Position numbers and translations under genes: made by a program. DNA of 64,000 bases from assembly GCF_009914755.1 (NCBI RefSeq), contig NC_060942.1; one strand, given 5' to 3'. This stretch comes from the human T2T-CHM13v2.0 reference genome, Homo sapiens. How positions within the stretch are numbered: position 1 is the stretch's first letter; the number at the start of each line of letters is the position of its first letter. The notes under the pieces were generated by a model, which was given only the letters and a program-made list of their open reading frames with translations, ran no database searches and was not told the origin of the DNA. Positions 13,630 through 30,260 of this stretch are shown here, piece by piece.

Positions 13630-14000
13630 TTTAGGTTTTGAGTGTTCATGTGTCCCCAAATTTTACATGCGGAAATTCTAATTCCTAAGGTGATATTAGC
13701 AGGCAGGGCCTTTGGGAAGTGATTAGGTCTTGGGGGCAGAGCGCTAATGAATGGGATTATATAAAGGAGATATAAAGTGCCCATATAAAGGAGATCTCGG
13801 AGACACCTCTGCCACTTCCACCATGTGAGGACGCAGGAAGAGGGGCTTCACCTGACACCAACTCTGCTGACACCTTGATCTTGGACTTTTCTTATGATGA
13901 ATGCATTTCCTTTATGAGAAATGAAGGTCATCAATTTCTGTTGTGTGTAAGTTTCCAAGTCTATGTTATTTTGTTATGAAAGCCTGAATGAACCAAGACT
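13630..14000 (+). mobile_element. MLT1A-type MaLR solo LTR
   Basis: tgtccccaaa...gggcctttgggaagtgattagg...atgaatgggatta...ccatgtgaggac...caccttgatcttggactt...ttttgttatgaaagcctgaatgaaccaagac. Confidence 0.85.
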
Positions 14001-14290
14001 CTTCTAGCAAATTTTCCTAGATCCACCTGACTATGAAGAGATAATTTGTGCCTGGGTCTGCAATGTGTCTGTGTCCTAGGTACGTGATTCATCTATGGCA
14101 CCAGCTACTTAAAATCATATTTTTTTTTCTACTCTTGAAACATAATTTGTCATTTAGCTTGGTTATTTAATGTCATGTATACTAATTTTCAGCGCAAAGG
14201 TAAAATTTAGAAATGGTCATGAAGAGTATGTTTCTTTCAACTCTCTCTGGTAATACTAGAGACAACAACATCCAATGCTTGAAAATCTAA

Positions 14291-14591
<301 letters not shown>

Positions 14592-14689
14592 AAAAAATCT
14601 AATCTTAACCTTATGTTACACGATTGTGCAGCCACTTAGTGTATTTTCCTACTTTAACAAACCTAAAACTTCTAAATATAAGTTTAATT

Positions 14690-15770
<1,081 letters not shown>

Positions 15771-16042
15771 CCAATATTTGGATAAATATATCTTCCAGAT
15801 CAACTTAGATGTAGCTGACTCTGGATGCTTTTGGGTCCTTGTGTTTTGAATATTTCTTAAGAATTTTGAAGTAGTCTAACTTACTTCAAAAGGTATTAAA
15901 ATTATGATGTGTGAACAAAAGTTCTCTGAAAAAGAATTTGGAAGAAAGAGATTTTTTCTTCTATTGAACAGTTTGCAAATTCAGGAGACAGCCTTCAGTG
16001 GAAATCGAAGGTGCTGTCCAGAGAACAGAGGGTTCAGGTTTT

Positions 16043-16338
16043 TGTTTGTTTGTTTTTGAGACAGAGTCTCGCTTTGTCGCCCAGGCTGGAGTGCAATGGC
16101 ACAATCTCAGCTCACTGCAACCTCCGCCTCTTGGTTCAAGCGATTCTCCTGCCTTAGCCTCCAGAGCAGCTGGGATTGCAGGAGGCTGCCACCACGCCCG
16201 GCTAATTTTTGTATTTTTAGTTGAGACAGGGTTTCACCATGTTGATCAAGCTGGTCTTGAACTCCTGACCTCAAGCAATCCACCAGCCTCAGCCTCCCAA
16301 AGTGCTAGGATTACAGGCGTGAGCCACCTTGCCCTACC
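16043..16338 (-). mobile_element. AluS
   Basis: Antisense Alu with 13-bp TSD gggttcaggtttt (16030-16042 and 16339-16351). Confidence 0.96.
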
Positions 16339-16544
16339 GGGTTCAGGTTTTATAGCAGAAATTTCTAGCCCAGTTCCCAATTAGGTTTGTTTATGTAAAA
16401 AAAGAATTCAAATTCAGCTGATTGATCAACACAACTGAGTCCTGAATGGTCACTATAGCTGAGCTCTGAGCGGCAGGGGCAGGTCATCTCTGATGATTTA
16501 GTTCAGGTGAACTCGGACTGGTTCCTTTCCAATCCCCGAACCGT

Positions 16545-17963
16545 TGTGTCCGGAACTGGTGGGTTCTTGGTCTCACTGACTTCAAGAATGAAGCGGCGGA
16601 CCCTCACGGTGAGTGTTACAGCTCTTACGGTGGCGCGTCTGGAATTTGTTCCTTCTGATGTTCAGATGTGTTCGGAGTTTCTTCCTTCTGGTGGGTTCAT
16701 GGTCTCACTGACTCAGAAGTGAAGCTGCAGACCTTGGCGGTGAGTGTTACAGCTCTTAAGGCAGCGCGTCTGGAGTTGTTCGTTCCTCTCGATGGCCTCG
16801 TGGTCTTGCTGGCTTCAGGAGTGAAGCTGCAGATCTTCTCGGTGAGTGTTACAGCTCATAAAATCAGTGTGGACCCAAAGAGTGAGCAGTAGCAAGATTT
16901 ATTGCAAAGAGCAAAAGAACAAAGCTTCCACAGTATGGAAGGGGGACCCAAAGGTTTCTACTGCTGGCTTGGGCAGCCTGCTTTTATTGTCTTGTCTGGC
17001 CCCACCCACCTCCTGCTGATTGGTAGAGCCAAGTGGCCTGTTTTGACAGGGCGCTGATTGGTGCCTTTACAATACCTGAGCTAGATACAAAGGTTCTCCA
17101 CCTCGCCATCACATTAGTTAGATACAGAGTATCCACACACAGGTTCTCCAAGGCCCCACCAGAGCAGCTAGATATTGAGTGTAGATTGGTGCACTCACAA
17201 ACCCTGAGCTAGACACAGGGTGCTGATGGGTGTGTTTACGAACCTTGAGCTAGATACAGAGTGCCGACTGGTGTGTTTACAATCCCTGAGCTAGACATAA
17301 AGACTCTCCACGTCCCCACCAGACTCAGGAGCCCAGCTGGCTTCACCCAGTGGATCCCGCACTGGGGCTGCAGGTGGAGCTGCCTGCCAGTCCTGCGCCA
17401 TGCGCTCGCACTCCTCAGCCCTTGGGCGGTCGATGGGACTGGGCGCCCTGGAGCAGGGGGCGGTGCTCGTAGGGAAGGCTCGGGCTGCACAGGAACCCAC
17501 GGAGGCGGGGGAAGGCTCAGGGAGGGCGGGTTGTAGTCCCGAGGCCTGCCCCGCGGGAAGGCAGCTAAGGACCGGCGAGAAATTGAGCGCAGCGCCGGTG
17601 GGCTGGCATTGCTGGGGGACCCTCCGCAGCCCCTGGCCCGGGTGCTAAGTCCCTCATTGCCCGGGGCCAGCAGGGCCGGCCGGCTGCTCCGAGTGCGGGG
17701 CCCGCCAAGCTCACGCCCATCCGGAACTCCAGCTGGCCCGCAAGCGCCGCGCGCAGCCCCGGTTCCCGCTCGCGCCTCTCCCTCCACACCTTCCCGCAAG
17801 CTGAGGGAGTGGGCTCCGGCCTTGGCCAGCCCAGAAACGGGCTCCCACAGTGCCGTGGTGGGCTGAAGGGCTCCTCAAGTGCCACTAAAGTAGGAGCCCA
17901 GGCAGAGGAGGTGCCGAGAGCAAGCGAGGGCTCTGAGGACTGCCAGCACGCTGTCACCTCTCA
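16545..17963 (-). mobile_element. LTR12C (ERV9) solo LTR, full length
   Basis: Minus strand starts TGAGAGGTGACAGCGTGCTGGCAGTCCTCAGAGCCCTCG and ends CCGGACACA; tandem ctgagctagata/gattgg (CCAAT) repeats; U5 repeats cggtgagtgttacagctc x3; perfect 4-bp TSD ccgt. Confidence 0.97.
16950..17950 (-). promoter_or_regulatory. LTR12C U3 promoter/enhancer with CpG-rich segment (leftward firing)
   Basis: CpG-dense 17350-17950, the only such block in the window; CCAAT motifs at 17018-17190; AATAAAAG TATA-like motif at ~16981-16988 on minus strand. Activity is inferred from family knowledge only. Confidence 0.6.
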
Positions 17964-20149
17964 CCGTAAGTCTCTGTCAGACATTTCTTTCAAAGACTGG
18001 GGACAGGTGGGTTCTCACTGTAATTTATCTTGGCACTGACAACAGGAGCTGGTTTGGCTGCTTGTAGACAAGGAGGTCCTGTGATAATTTTACAAAATCT
18101 TTCTGAGAACATGGTATGTGACTGCCTCCCTCACCCAGCTGCCTGGTTCTGTTTTAACTCACTTCAGTTAGCCAGGGAGAGTCCAGGTCGTCTGTTGACT
18201 AGTGATGCTTAAACATTGTTCAGGCCTCTTTTATTCGTATGCAAAGATTTTGGCAAGGTTTAGTCCTTGGAGACACTTAGATTTAAAACAAATCCTGTTG
18301 AAACAACTCTTCATAGCATTTTAATACTGCAGTGACACAGTGTGTCAAATACAGTGTAAAGTGGGTTCCATGGGACTAACAGGTTCTTCTGGTGAGCCCA
18401 AGTCATGCTCTGTGGCTTGGTCAGCAGATATTCTGGGATTGAATGGCTAGGTAAGGGCTCCTGTGATATTTGAAAACTCACAGAAAGCTGTATGGCAATC
18501 ATATTGGGGAATTTAAGAAACAAAATAATTGCAGACTGAAAATAGCATTTTAAATGTTTTCTTTCAATAAATAAAAGTTAATGGAGTGTTTCCATGTCAA
18601 GCATTTTCTGACTCATTATTATGTCTAGTACTCTTCGTTACATGAACTGAGTGGCTGTAAGATTAAACAAGTGGATTTTCAATGGATATACAGACAGGAT
18701 CAAAAATTTTAAGGACTGCCAAATTTCTACTCATTCATTGTAAAAGTATAATGCATATTTTAGGTAGATTTTTTTTTTTTTGGTTTTGTTTTTGCACTTG
18801 CATGGCAATTAAGGACTACAATTTAGCAGGTAAAAGGCATCAGGACTACTTGTTGCTTTCATGGAGTATATCAACATTTCTTTCCCTTCTATTTTGCATA
18901 ATTTCTTAGTGTGTGCGGAGAGAATTAAATAAACAAATAAACACATTTTTCACAATTGATTTAAATAAAATCTTAGATTTTTTTAAAGCTTTAGAATGGG
19001 GACATGGTTCAAAAAACTCGTGAATTTCATAGTCATGTATTTGTTTTAATTTTAGGGTTTTCTGCTTCTAGATTATCTGTTACTTAAGGACCACAAATAA
19101 CCCAGTAGTTTTTCATTTTTTCAAGTATTTAGAAATGTGCTCATTGTTGCTCTGTTGCTTCTTTTTCTTATATTTTTCAATTCCAAATTACATTCATGGG
19201 AAATAGAGCCTAACTGTATTTTGGAAAAGTTTTATCTTATTGTGCAATTCTCAATTCATAAGAAAAGAAGCATGCATTTAGAACTATTACTGAATTTAGG
19301 AGGGTTATTCACAGAGACTTTTAAAAATACCTGTTCCATCCTTTGTATTTCCATGACTATTGTCCTATTTCAATTTCTCATTAATTTTCATATTGTCTTA
19401 TTAAAACACTTCAGTACTTGAAACACTATTACCACTTTCTCCAGCTACTAATCTGTTTACTGCATTGCTTCCAACTTATATTGTGTGTGTTTTTTTTCAA
19501 TTTAGTTTGAAACATTTAAGCATGAGCAATGTGTCATATGTGCATTTACCTAAACCAGTTAATTCTAATTTTCATGTACGCCCTGTGGTTGGTTGCTTTA
19601 TTAGAAGTACTTTAGGTATGCTACCATCTGTGGGGCTTGGTTGCAGAAGGTGTAAAAACCACTGACATCAACTCCATTGGGGGTAGTCCTTTAAGTTTAG
19701 AGGATTTTGGCCTTGGCTAATTCCTCATCATGCAAGCTCCTGCTGTTGAAACTGACCGTAAGTTTTGTCAATTCTGCTGGAAGAATAATCTCTCCTCTGT
19801 TTTGGAGCAAATCTCTCATTCAACGTTTTTGGTGGAGATTTGACATTGGAAATGTGATCGTTCTAATTTGCTTTTGTTACCAAGCACTGTCTGTCATTGA
19901 GGACAGAGATGGGAAAAATTAGCACCCTCACCTTGTTGCCCCCATTTCTGCCTTGCTTAGAATCGAGGCTATTGCTATGCACCAAAAATCTGACTTTTGT
20001 CAAGTTATCATGTTTGCTTCGATAAGTCAAAGACATAGGCTTGGCTTCCTGAAAATATCACTAATCATATGTTAGCAACTCCAGAACAATTCAAGGCTCA
20101 CCTTGTTCTCTAACCATGCATTCAAGAATCTTCCGTTTTCAAAGTCCAT

Positions 20150-20540
20150 TCCTAATTCACCTGTAATTATTTCTTCTCACAGGCTAACCTTAAGCCATAT
20201 CACCCAACCACCATTTCTTGAGTATCCTCCTGGTGGCTTGTTTTTTCCAATATTTGCTCAGGTTCTGCTTTTGAATTAAAATACCTTTTCTCTCATGATC
20301 TCCACTTACCCAAAATCTACTACTGTTCTAAGTGTTTGTCGGTCTTGCCACCTTAAAGGGCTATCCTCTTTGTATTCCTTGAGCACATTTTAAGAAAACT
20401 ATACCACATTTTCTATCTTCTCATAGAGGACTTACACTTAATACTTGACTACACAAGTCTTGGTGGCAGCATATTCTTTTGATAAATTCTAGCACCTACC
20501 TCAGCTTCAGGTACGTAGTGAAGTTCAATAAAAATTACAG
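20150..20540 (+). mobile_element. L2 3' fragment
   Basis: Ends tctagcacctacctcagcttcaggtacgtagtgaagttcaataaaaa, an L2-like terminus. Confidence 0.5.
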
Positions 20541-22969
20541 TACATTGTTTAAGAGTTTCTTTTCTCATGTAATTACATGTGCATGATTATTTTACAATCA
20601 ATGACATTTTACAATCACAGTGGCTAAACAGCAGGTGTAACCAGTTGTCCTTGCCTATGCATGTGAGAATTTGGTCAAACTTGTTAGATTTTCATCACTA
20701 CAATCAAGTTGTATGGATTGTTGTCACTTTGTGTGTTGGTTTAATTGCCAATAAAATCTTTCAAAGATTTCAAAATGTCTCATCACTGAAACGAAAAGTT
20801 ATTGTGTTCACAGAAAGGAAAAGAAAGGGAGCAGTGGGGCATAACATGATATTAGTAAAACAAATAGTCTTCATAGAGAGAATGACAGATATTCCATATT
20901 GTTTCACAAAGCCACATCCAAGTGCTTTATGGTAAGAAAGGAAAATACCCACAAGCAGATAATGTTTAACTATTAACATACATGTAAAATGATGGCCAAT
21001 CCGATGCTAGGGACTGTAAACTAAACAGAGATAAAAATCACAAAATCTCTTGAAATAGATAAAATAAACCACAAAGTAATGAGAGGATTATGCAACTGAT
21101 TCACGTGTTGACTAGGCTTATTAATTTATGCTAGACTTGAATTCACTGTTTTTCCTTTATAAGTGATTCATAAAATAGTATATCTTATAATTGATGGCTT
21201 ATTAAAGTCAAAGCTTATGCTGAGTGAATAAAGAGATGAAGGGATAAATGATGAAATTTCATCTAGATAATACAATTCTGAAATTATGTTCACAATACTG
21301 CAAATCATCAGTTTGGGATGTGATTTGGGTTGCACTTTCTCAGCGTAGCCAAAATATAGGACATCCAACACATATTGGAACGAAATAACTTCTTACTCCC
21401 AAAGGAAAACAAGTTATTCTTTTGAAATCTAGTGTATGCATGTGTCTATGTATGTGTGTGCATGTATATGAAATATGATTATAGATGTACACATTTGTCT
21501 ATCACTGATTATACTGTTACTTCACAACATGAAATGGAGTTAAGCAAATGTTTCTCCTAGTGTGAACATTAGAAGTCAGGAGATGTTCTGCTGTGGCCCA
21601 ATACATAGTGGCTCCATACATAGAAAACAATCATTTTCCAAATTCCCCAATTCAATGTGCTATCTAAATACTTAACAACTACAAAATACTGCTGGTGGCT
21701 CTATCACAATCCAAACTACAATATTATTCATAAGAAATAAGTGACACAAAATAACATTTACAAGTATGTGTCTTTGAGATGTGTACACTAAAATATATTT
21801 GTTGAGAAGTCTCTCTACGTTTAAATGAATAATTTTAACAGTGGAAACAGTTGCAGGTTTTGTCTACACCTGTGCCCTCCCTGAGAATTTCTTGAAGGTA
21901 TTTCCACTGCCATTTGTATTTTTGAGACATAACATTCTCAGGCTCTTTTCTCCTTGGTTAGTGTTGACATCTGTCTGCTTTCCCTATACCTTTACTATTA
22001 AGTCCAAACTAGTACTCACTCCAAACATGTGGGGAAGGGAAGTGCTGACTTATTTATCACTTTAGAAGCATAACCAAAACCAAATTGTTTTATGATGCTA
22101 TGATGTCACTTTTGACCTCCTGATGATCCACTAAAATTTAGTTTAGTGACCCTGGTGAAAAATAAAACCCTTAGATGAGAAGAGTATTAGTAAAAAAAAA
22201 AAAAAAAAAAAAAAAAATTGTTAAGTTGGTCCACATTTGGAATTAGGCGGAATTTCAGGCTGGAGGGAATAAGAGGAAGGAATGAAGAGAGATTGCCAGG
22301 ACACTTGGCGTGTGCCTTAAAGACATTTAAGAACAGAGGTGTTCTTAACAGAGGTGAAGTTGGATATGCTTCTGAAGATAGCCTTCTCCCCATAAATATT
22401 CCTCCTTCCTTCCTCAAGCCTATACTTCCTCTCCTCACTTGAGCCACACTCCACCTCAGCTATCTCAGTGATTTTCAGTAAACGCTGTTGCAGAGAATTA
22501 TTTGGAGAGAAAACTGAAGGATTTCATGTGTGTCTGGAGGTTCAGGACATGGCTAGGTTTTATATGTGGGTCTGAGATATAGGACACCCGTGAGGGACAA
22601 AACATGCAGGAGAACAGCCCAGCCCATCAGCAAACCTGATTCGGCAGAAGGAGAAGAAAAGCTCCACAGGTCCTCATGACAATGAAAGCCCCTGAGGTAT
22701 CCACAGAAATCTGAAGGCAGGCATGGAACTTCTACATGGTGTGGAATTCCAGTGGTTCAAAATGGTTGAGGCCAACAGGTTGGTAATGAGCTTATTCACG
22801 TCTCAAAGGCAATAAAACCTCAAAAGACATCTTGGCTATATTTATATGACAGGTGCAAGGAATTGGGCTGAACTGGCCTAGCCAGACCACCAGTTTTTCC
22901 TGGCCTGTGCCAATTACCCTCTGATAGAAGATTATTTATGTAAAGATCAATTGTGTCAAACACATAAAT

Positions 22970-23136
22970 ATAAGAGTAGAATAAAACAACAATCTGGAAA
23001 CTAATGCATATTTTTAAAGAATAACTATACGTTAATATGTTGATTTTAAAAGTGATGATGAACATGTTTTCATAGATACAGTGAGAGAAAAAATGAGTTA
23101 TAAAAACACGGAATACTTAGAAGTAATGCATTTAGT
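22970..23136 (+). repeat. Local dispersed duplication, copy 1 (copy 2 at 25036-25194)
   Basis: ataagagtagaataaaacaac...atgatgaacatgtt...gttataaaaacac...ttagaagtaatgcatttagt is colinear with 25036-25194. Confidence 0.88.
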
Positions 23137-23312
23137 CATCAGTCAAATTCTCTTGACTTCTTTTGAGAACTTGCCATACAAGATGAATATTTGTATTAGA
23201 TTCAAAGAATAATCATTTTTGAAATGATCGAAAATTATATCCTTTCTCTATTCCTGAAAACCTCTATCAGTTATCTCTGCCTTACTTTTAGCTCACTTTG
23301 GTGGTACCTGGT

Positions 23313-23675
23313 TGATATGGTTTGGCTGTGTCCCCATGCAAATCTCATCTTGAATTGTACCTCCCATAATCCCCACATGTTGTGGGAGGAACCCAGTGGG
23401 AGGTAATTGAATCATGGGAGCAGGTTTTTCCCATGCTGTTCTCATGATATTGACTTAGTCTCATGAGATCTGATGGTTTTATAAAGGGCAGTCCCCCTGC
23501 ACATGCTCTCTTACCTACTACCATGTAAGGCGTGCCTTTGCTCCTCCTTCACCTTCTGCCATGATTGTGAGGCCTCCCCAGCCATGTGGAACTGTGAGTC
23601 CCTTAAACCTCTTTCCTTCATAAATTACCCAGTCTCAGGTATGTCATTATGCCAGCGTGAAAATGGACTAATACA
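23313..23675 (+). mobile_element. THE1 (B/C) MaLR solo LTR
   Basis: tgatatggtttggctgtgtcccc...tgagatctgatggttttataaag...gtgaggcctccccagccatgtggaactgtgagtc...ggactaataca. Confidence 0.96.
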
Positions 23676-25035
23676 GTAATAATAAGATAGTAAATACTGT
23701 ATACAACTTTCACATTACAGACTGGGTGCCAATTGAATCGTACCCCTCCCCATTTTAATCATAAATTCTATTCTCTCTTTTCAATCCTGTCACTTTCTCA
23801 CTTGCTCAAAACTTCAAATATTTAAGGAATAAAATTTAATTTTATTTCAAAATTTTTTACGGTCAGTACTTTAAGGTATAAGAAGGAGAAACAATCTTCA
23901 AGTGGTCCAAATTAAATGTGTGTCTGCATAAAGTCATTTTTAGTGTGTAGTGAAAAATATTCAATGAGATTGACGTGTTAAAATGAATGAATTCTCTCTG
24001 TGGAGGCAGTTTATTCAGAATCTATTAATTGATTTAAGATTGACTGACAGGACGAGGCAGCTTCTGCCAACCAGTGACTCTCAGGTTAATTTTAGAGTTC
24101 CATTATTCATGTAATCTCAGAATCATTATGTAGCTTTATCACAACACTTGTGTTTGTCTTCATATATGAAATTAGTGTCCTTGCTGGTAGTGATGCACAG
24201 CTGGTAAATTTTCTATTGTCCCTATAGGCCTTTAACTAATTTAGACTTAGTATGCAGTAACTTATTTTGTAATTTGTGAAAGTCAAATTAATTGAACGAT
24301 TGGCCTTTTTCAGAATTCAGTGCTATTTTAAGTAACCACTTTCTGATTTTAACACCAAATTCTTATTCAAATTTAAAGAAGATCATTATTTAAAGGAGAC
24401 TATTAATAGTATTTGGAATGAAATTTGATGTTAAAAGATTTTATTAAGAAACCAATTTACATATTCTAGTTTATTTTAAATACTACGGAGTCAAACTTAA
24501 CTGTGCAACACTAATTCCTGTCCTGTGGCCATGAATTGACCTATTATTGTTTATTCCTTTGTATACTTCCTCAGTTGTAGCCTACACTACATTATCCCTG
24601 TAATAGTGTGTGTAAGCATTTGGAGGTTCTAAGTTTGTTCTTTTTTTTTTCTTAGGCAGGCTAGGATAATCATAGCATGATCAAGGGAAGAATCACATGA
24701 GAACTATCAATACACTGCATGCAACACATAAATATACTGTGTGTTGGCACCTTTCATTAGGTCAAATTTTGAAAGCAGTATTCCTCCCAGGAAGTCAAAT
24801 GCTATAAAATGGTTTTTCACCCTTTGAAAGACATAACAGATAATTATCCAAATTAGCAGCATATGCAGTATTTTAATAGCTCTGATGTATCTTATTGACA
24901 ATATCTTAGCATGCTGTAGAAATTTAGGCTTCAAAAATAAATAGCAATGAAACTCATGATTGGAGATAGCATATTAAGAAGATATTAAAATGGGTCCTGT
25001 AATTATAACAAGATAATGTTATTGTGATGAAGAAG

Positions 25036-25194
25036 ATAAGAATAGAATAAAACAATAATGTGAAAACTCAATATGTATTTAAAAAAATAACTTTATGTTA
25101 ATATTTTGATTTAAAAGGCTATGATGAACATGTTTGCATAGATGAGAAAAATAAGTTATAAAAACATCTAATATTTAGAAGTAGTGCATTTAGT
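25036..25194 (+). repeat. Local dispersed duplication, copy 2
   Basis: Colinear with 22970-23136, about 2.07 kb downstream. Confidence 0.88.
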
Positions 25195-25939
25195 TTGAAA
25201 AAATTATCATCATTTTAATATAGTTTGTCATGGGAAAGTTTTGTTTTTAAAGCTGTTTAGCTTATCTTTAAATAATTACTGTAGGAATATTATATAGCAC
25301 ACATGCACGCATGCACACACACACACACCCCCCCATGTTAGAAAGCCAATAGCACATAATATGCTATTTCTAATGTGGTTTGATTGTAGAATGAATATAC
25401 AGAGTTCAAGACATACAAAGAAACGTTGGCTCTTGGCACTGCATGTAGAAATATTTCATTGTAGTTTCATTTGCACACATACAGATTCCATTAAAATATA
25501 TTTATTTAGTACTTTTGATTGATTTACGTTAAAAGAACCGGGATTATCTCTTTTAAATATGTGAATATTCCTCTAACATGTGAATATTCCTCTAAAAATA
25601 TATGAATAAGTAAGTAATTCCAGAAGATGAACATTTCAATATACTTATTCCAATTTGGAAGCTTTTAAAAAGTATGTCACTTCTATTTGTTAATAAATTA
25701 GTCTATAATTTTAATATTTCTTGAATAATATCATATAATTTAACAAAACAAATAATACACAGGATTTAGAGAATACAAAAATAATCAGTTCAACAAATAG
25801 AATAATTTAATCATATACATTGATAATTTTTTATTGTTATTCATGAAGAAAGTACAATGTTTTCAGGAATACAAACCTACTTAAAATATTAAATTTTACT
25901 TCTATAGGAGTCAGCAGTTACTACCGAATGGCCTTTAAT

Positions 25940-26073
25940 TTTTTTAAATTGAGATGAAATATTAAACATTTAGCATTCTTATGTGAACAGTCCAGTGACA
26001 TTTAATTAATTTCACAATATTGTGCAACCATCACCTGTATCTGATTTCGAAACATTTCATCACCCAAAGAAAA
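25940..26073 (-). mobile_element. L1MB 3' terminus (left part of a split, 5'-inverted L1)
   Basis: tttttaaattgagatg...ttcacaatattgtgcaaccatcacc...aacatttcatcacccaaagaaaa; continues at 29818. Confidence 0.85.
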
Positions 26074-29345
<3,272 letters not shown>

Positions 29346-29346
29346 T

Positions 29347-29673
29347 TTATACACACATACACACACACACACACACAAATGTGTTCATAATGAAATAAGG
29401 AGAAAATGCTACTCATGACATTATGGTCGTCATTTTTGTAACTGGTCATGTGGTCATAGCTTGTGTTATAACTACCTTTTTCTACTACTCATTTGGCAAT
29501 CCCTTTGTCTTCAGCAAGCATCTCAGCTAGTCATGGTCCTTTTTGTGGCAAGGTAACTGAAACCTTCATTTCTAGAGCCTGGGTCATTGGTAATTCTGTC
29601 ACTATGGTGTAGTTGTGGTTTTCCATTGACCTTATCCACAGAACATGGTAATACTATGAGATGCTTGAAAATG
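29347..29673 (-). mobile_element. Inverted ERV-L 3' internal segment
   Basis: Reverse complement catctcatagtattaccatg...aaggtcaatggaaaaccacaac...gctgaagacaaaggga...gaccacatgaccagttac matches the recalled ERV-L post-dUTPase region; (CA)n at the left edge. Confidence 0.85.
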
Positions 29674-29817
29674 GCATTGTGGGAATTCTCGGCCTCCATA
29701 ATCACATGAACCAATTTTTTCCAATAAGTTTCATTCTAAATAGATTGATGGATGTAGATACAGATGTGCAGATAGATCCCATTGGTTCTGTTTCTCTGGA
29801 GAACGCTGACTGATGCA
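29674..29817 (+). mobile_element. MLT2 (ERV-L LTR) 3' portion
   Basis: ttgtgggaattctcggcctccataatcacatgaaccaatt...attggttctgtttctctggagaacgctgactgatgca. Confidence 0.9.
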
Positions 29818-29920
29818 CTCAATAAGCAGTCATTTCCCTTTCCTTCCTCCTACCAGCCTCTTGCAACCACCAGTCTCCTTTCTATCTCCAAAGATTTACC
29901 ATTTTGAGTATTTTATATAA
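29818..29920 (-). mobile_element. L1MB 3' region, continuation of 25940-26073
   Basis: aagcagtcatttccc...ccagcctcttgcaaccaccagtctcctttctatctc...ttttatataa. Confidence 0.85.
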
Positions 29921-30260
29921 CATTTTGATAGTTACTAAAAAGTTAAAAAGAATTACCATATGAACCAGTAATTCCACTCCCAGTTATAGACCCCCCCAAA
30001 TTGAAAACAGATAATCAAATACATGGACACACATAGTCATAGCAGCACTATTCACAATAACGAAAAGGTGAAAACAACCAAAATGCTCATAAATGAATGA
30101 ATAAATAAACCAATTGTGATTTTACATACAATGGAATATTATTCTGCCTTACAAAGAAATCAAGTACTGTTACATGCCATGGTGTGGATGCACCTTAAAA
30201 ATATTATGTTTTCATTACTATGAAATAAGCCAGCCACAAAAGATCTCATAATATATGGCT
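29921..30260 (+). mobile_element. L1MB inverted upstream segment
   Basis: gaattaccatatgaaccagtaattccactcc...catagcagcactattcacaata...caatggaatattattc...aagccagccacaaaag is sense L1MB sequence. Confidence 0.88.

Larger units (their letters stand above)
15910..18215 (-). mobile_element. Old ERV1 solo LTR (MER67-like), split by Alu and LTR12C insertions
   Basis: Pieces ~15910-16042, 16339-16544 and 17964-18215 rejoin across both TSDs; ctggttctgttttaact...gttagcca...gagtcca resembles the recalled MER67 start; family name tentative. Confidence 0.65.

Noticed and set aside
16600-17300. Regularly spaced repeats superficially like a CRISPR array
   Set aside because: These are the known LTR12 U5 and U3 tandem repeats; spacers are not unique, there are no cas genes, and the DNA is eukaryotic
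17236-18039. Cluster of long overlapping GC-rich ORFs (up to 187 aa)
   Set aside because: Nearly all of it lies within the GC-rich LTR12C U3, where stop codons are rare; not a gene
19700-19720. EDFGLG kinase DFG-like peptide
   Set aside because: Followed immediately by a stop codon, with no other kinase motifs nearby; chance match
22090-22140. C/D-box snoRNA-like words (atgatg...ctga)
   Set aside because: Boxes are imperfect and too close together, with no terminal stem
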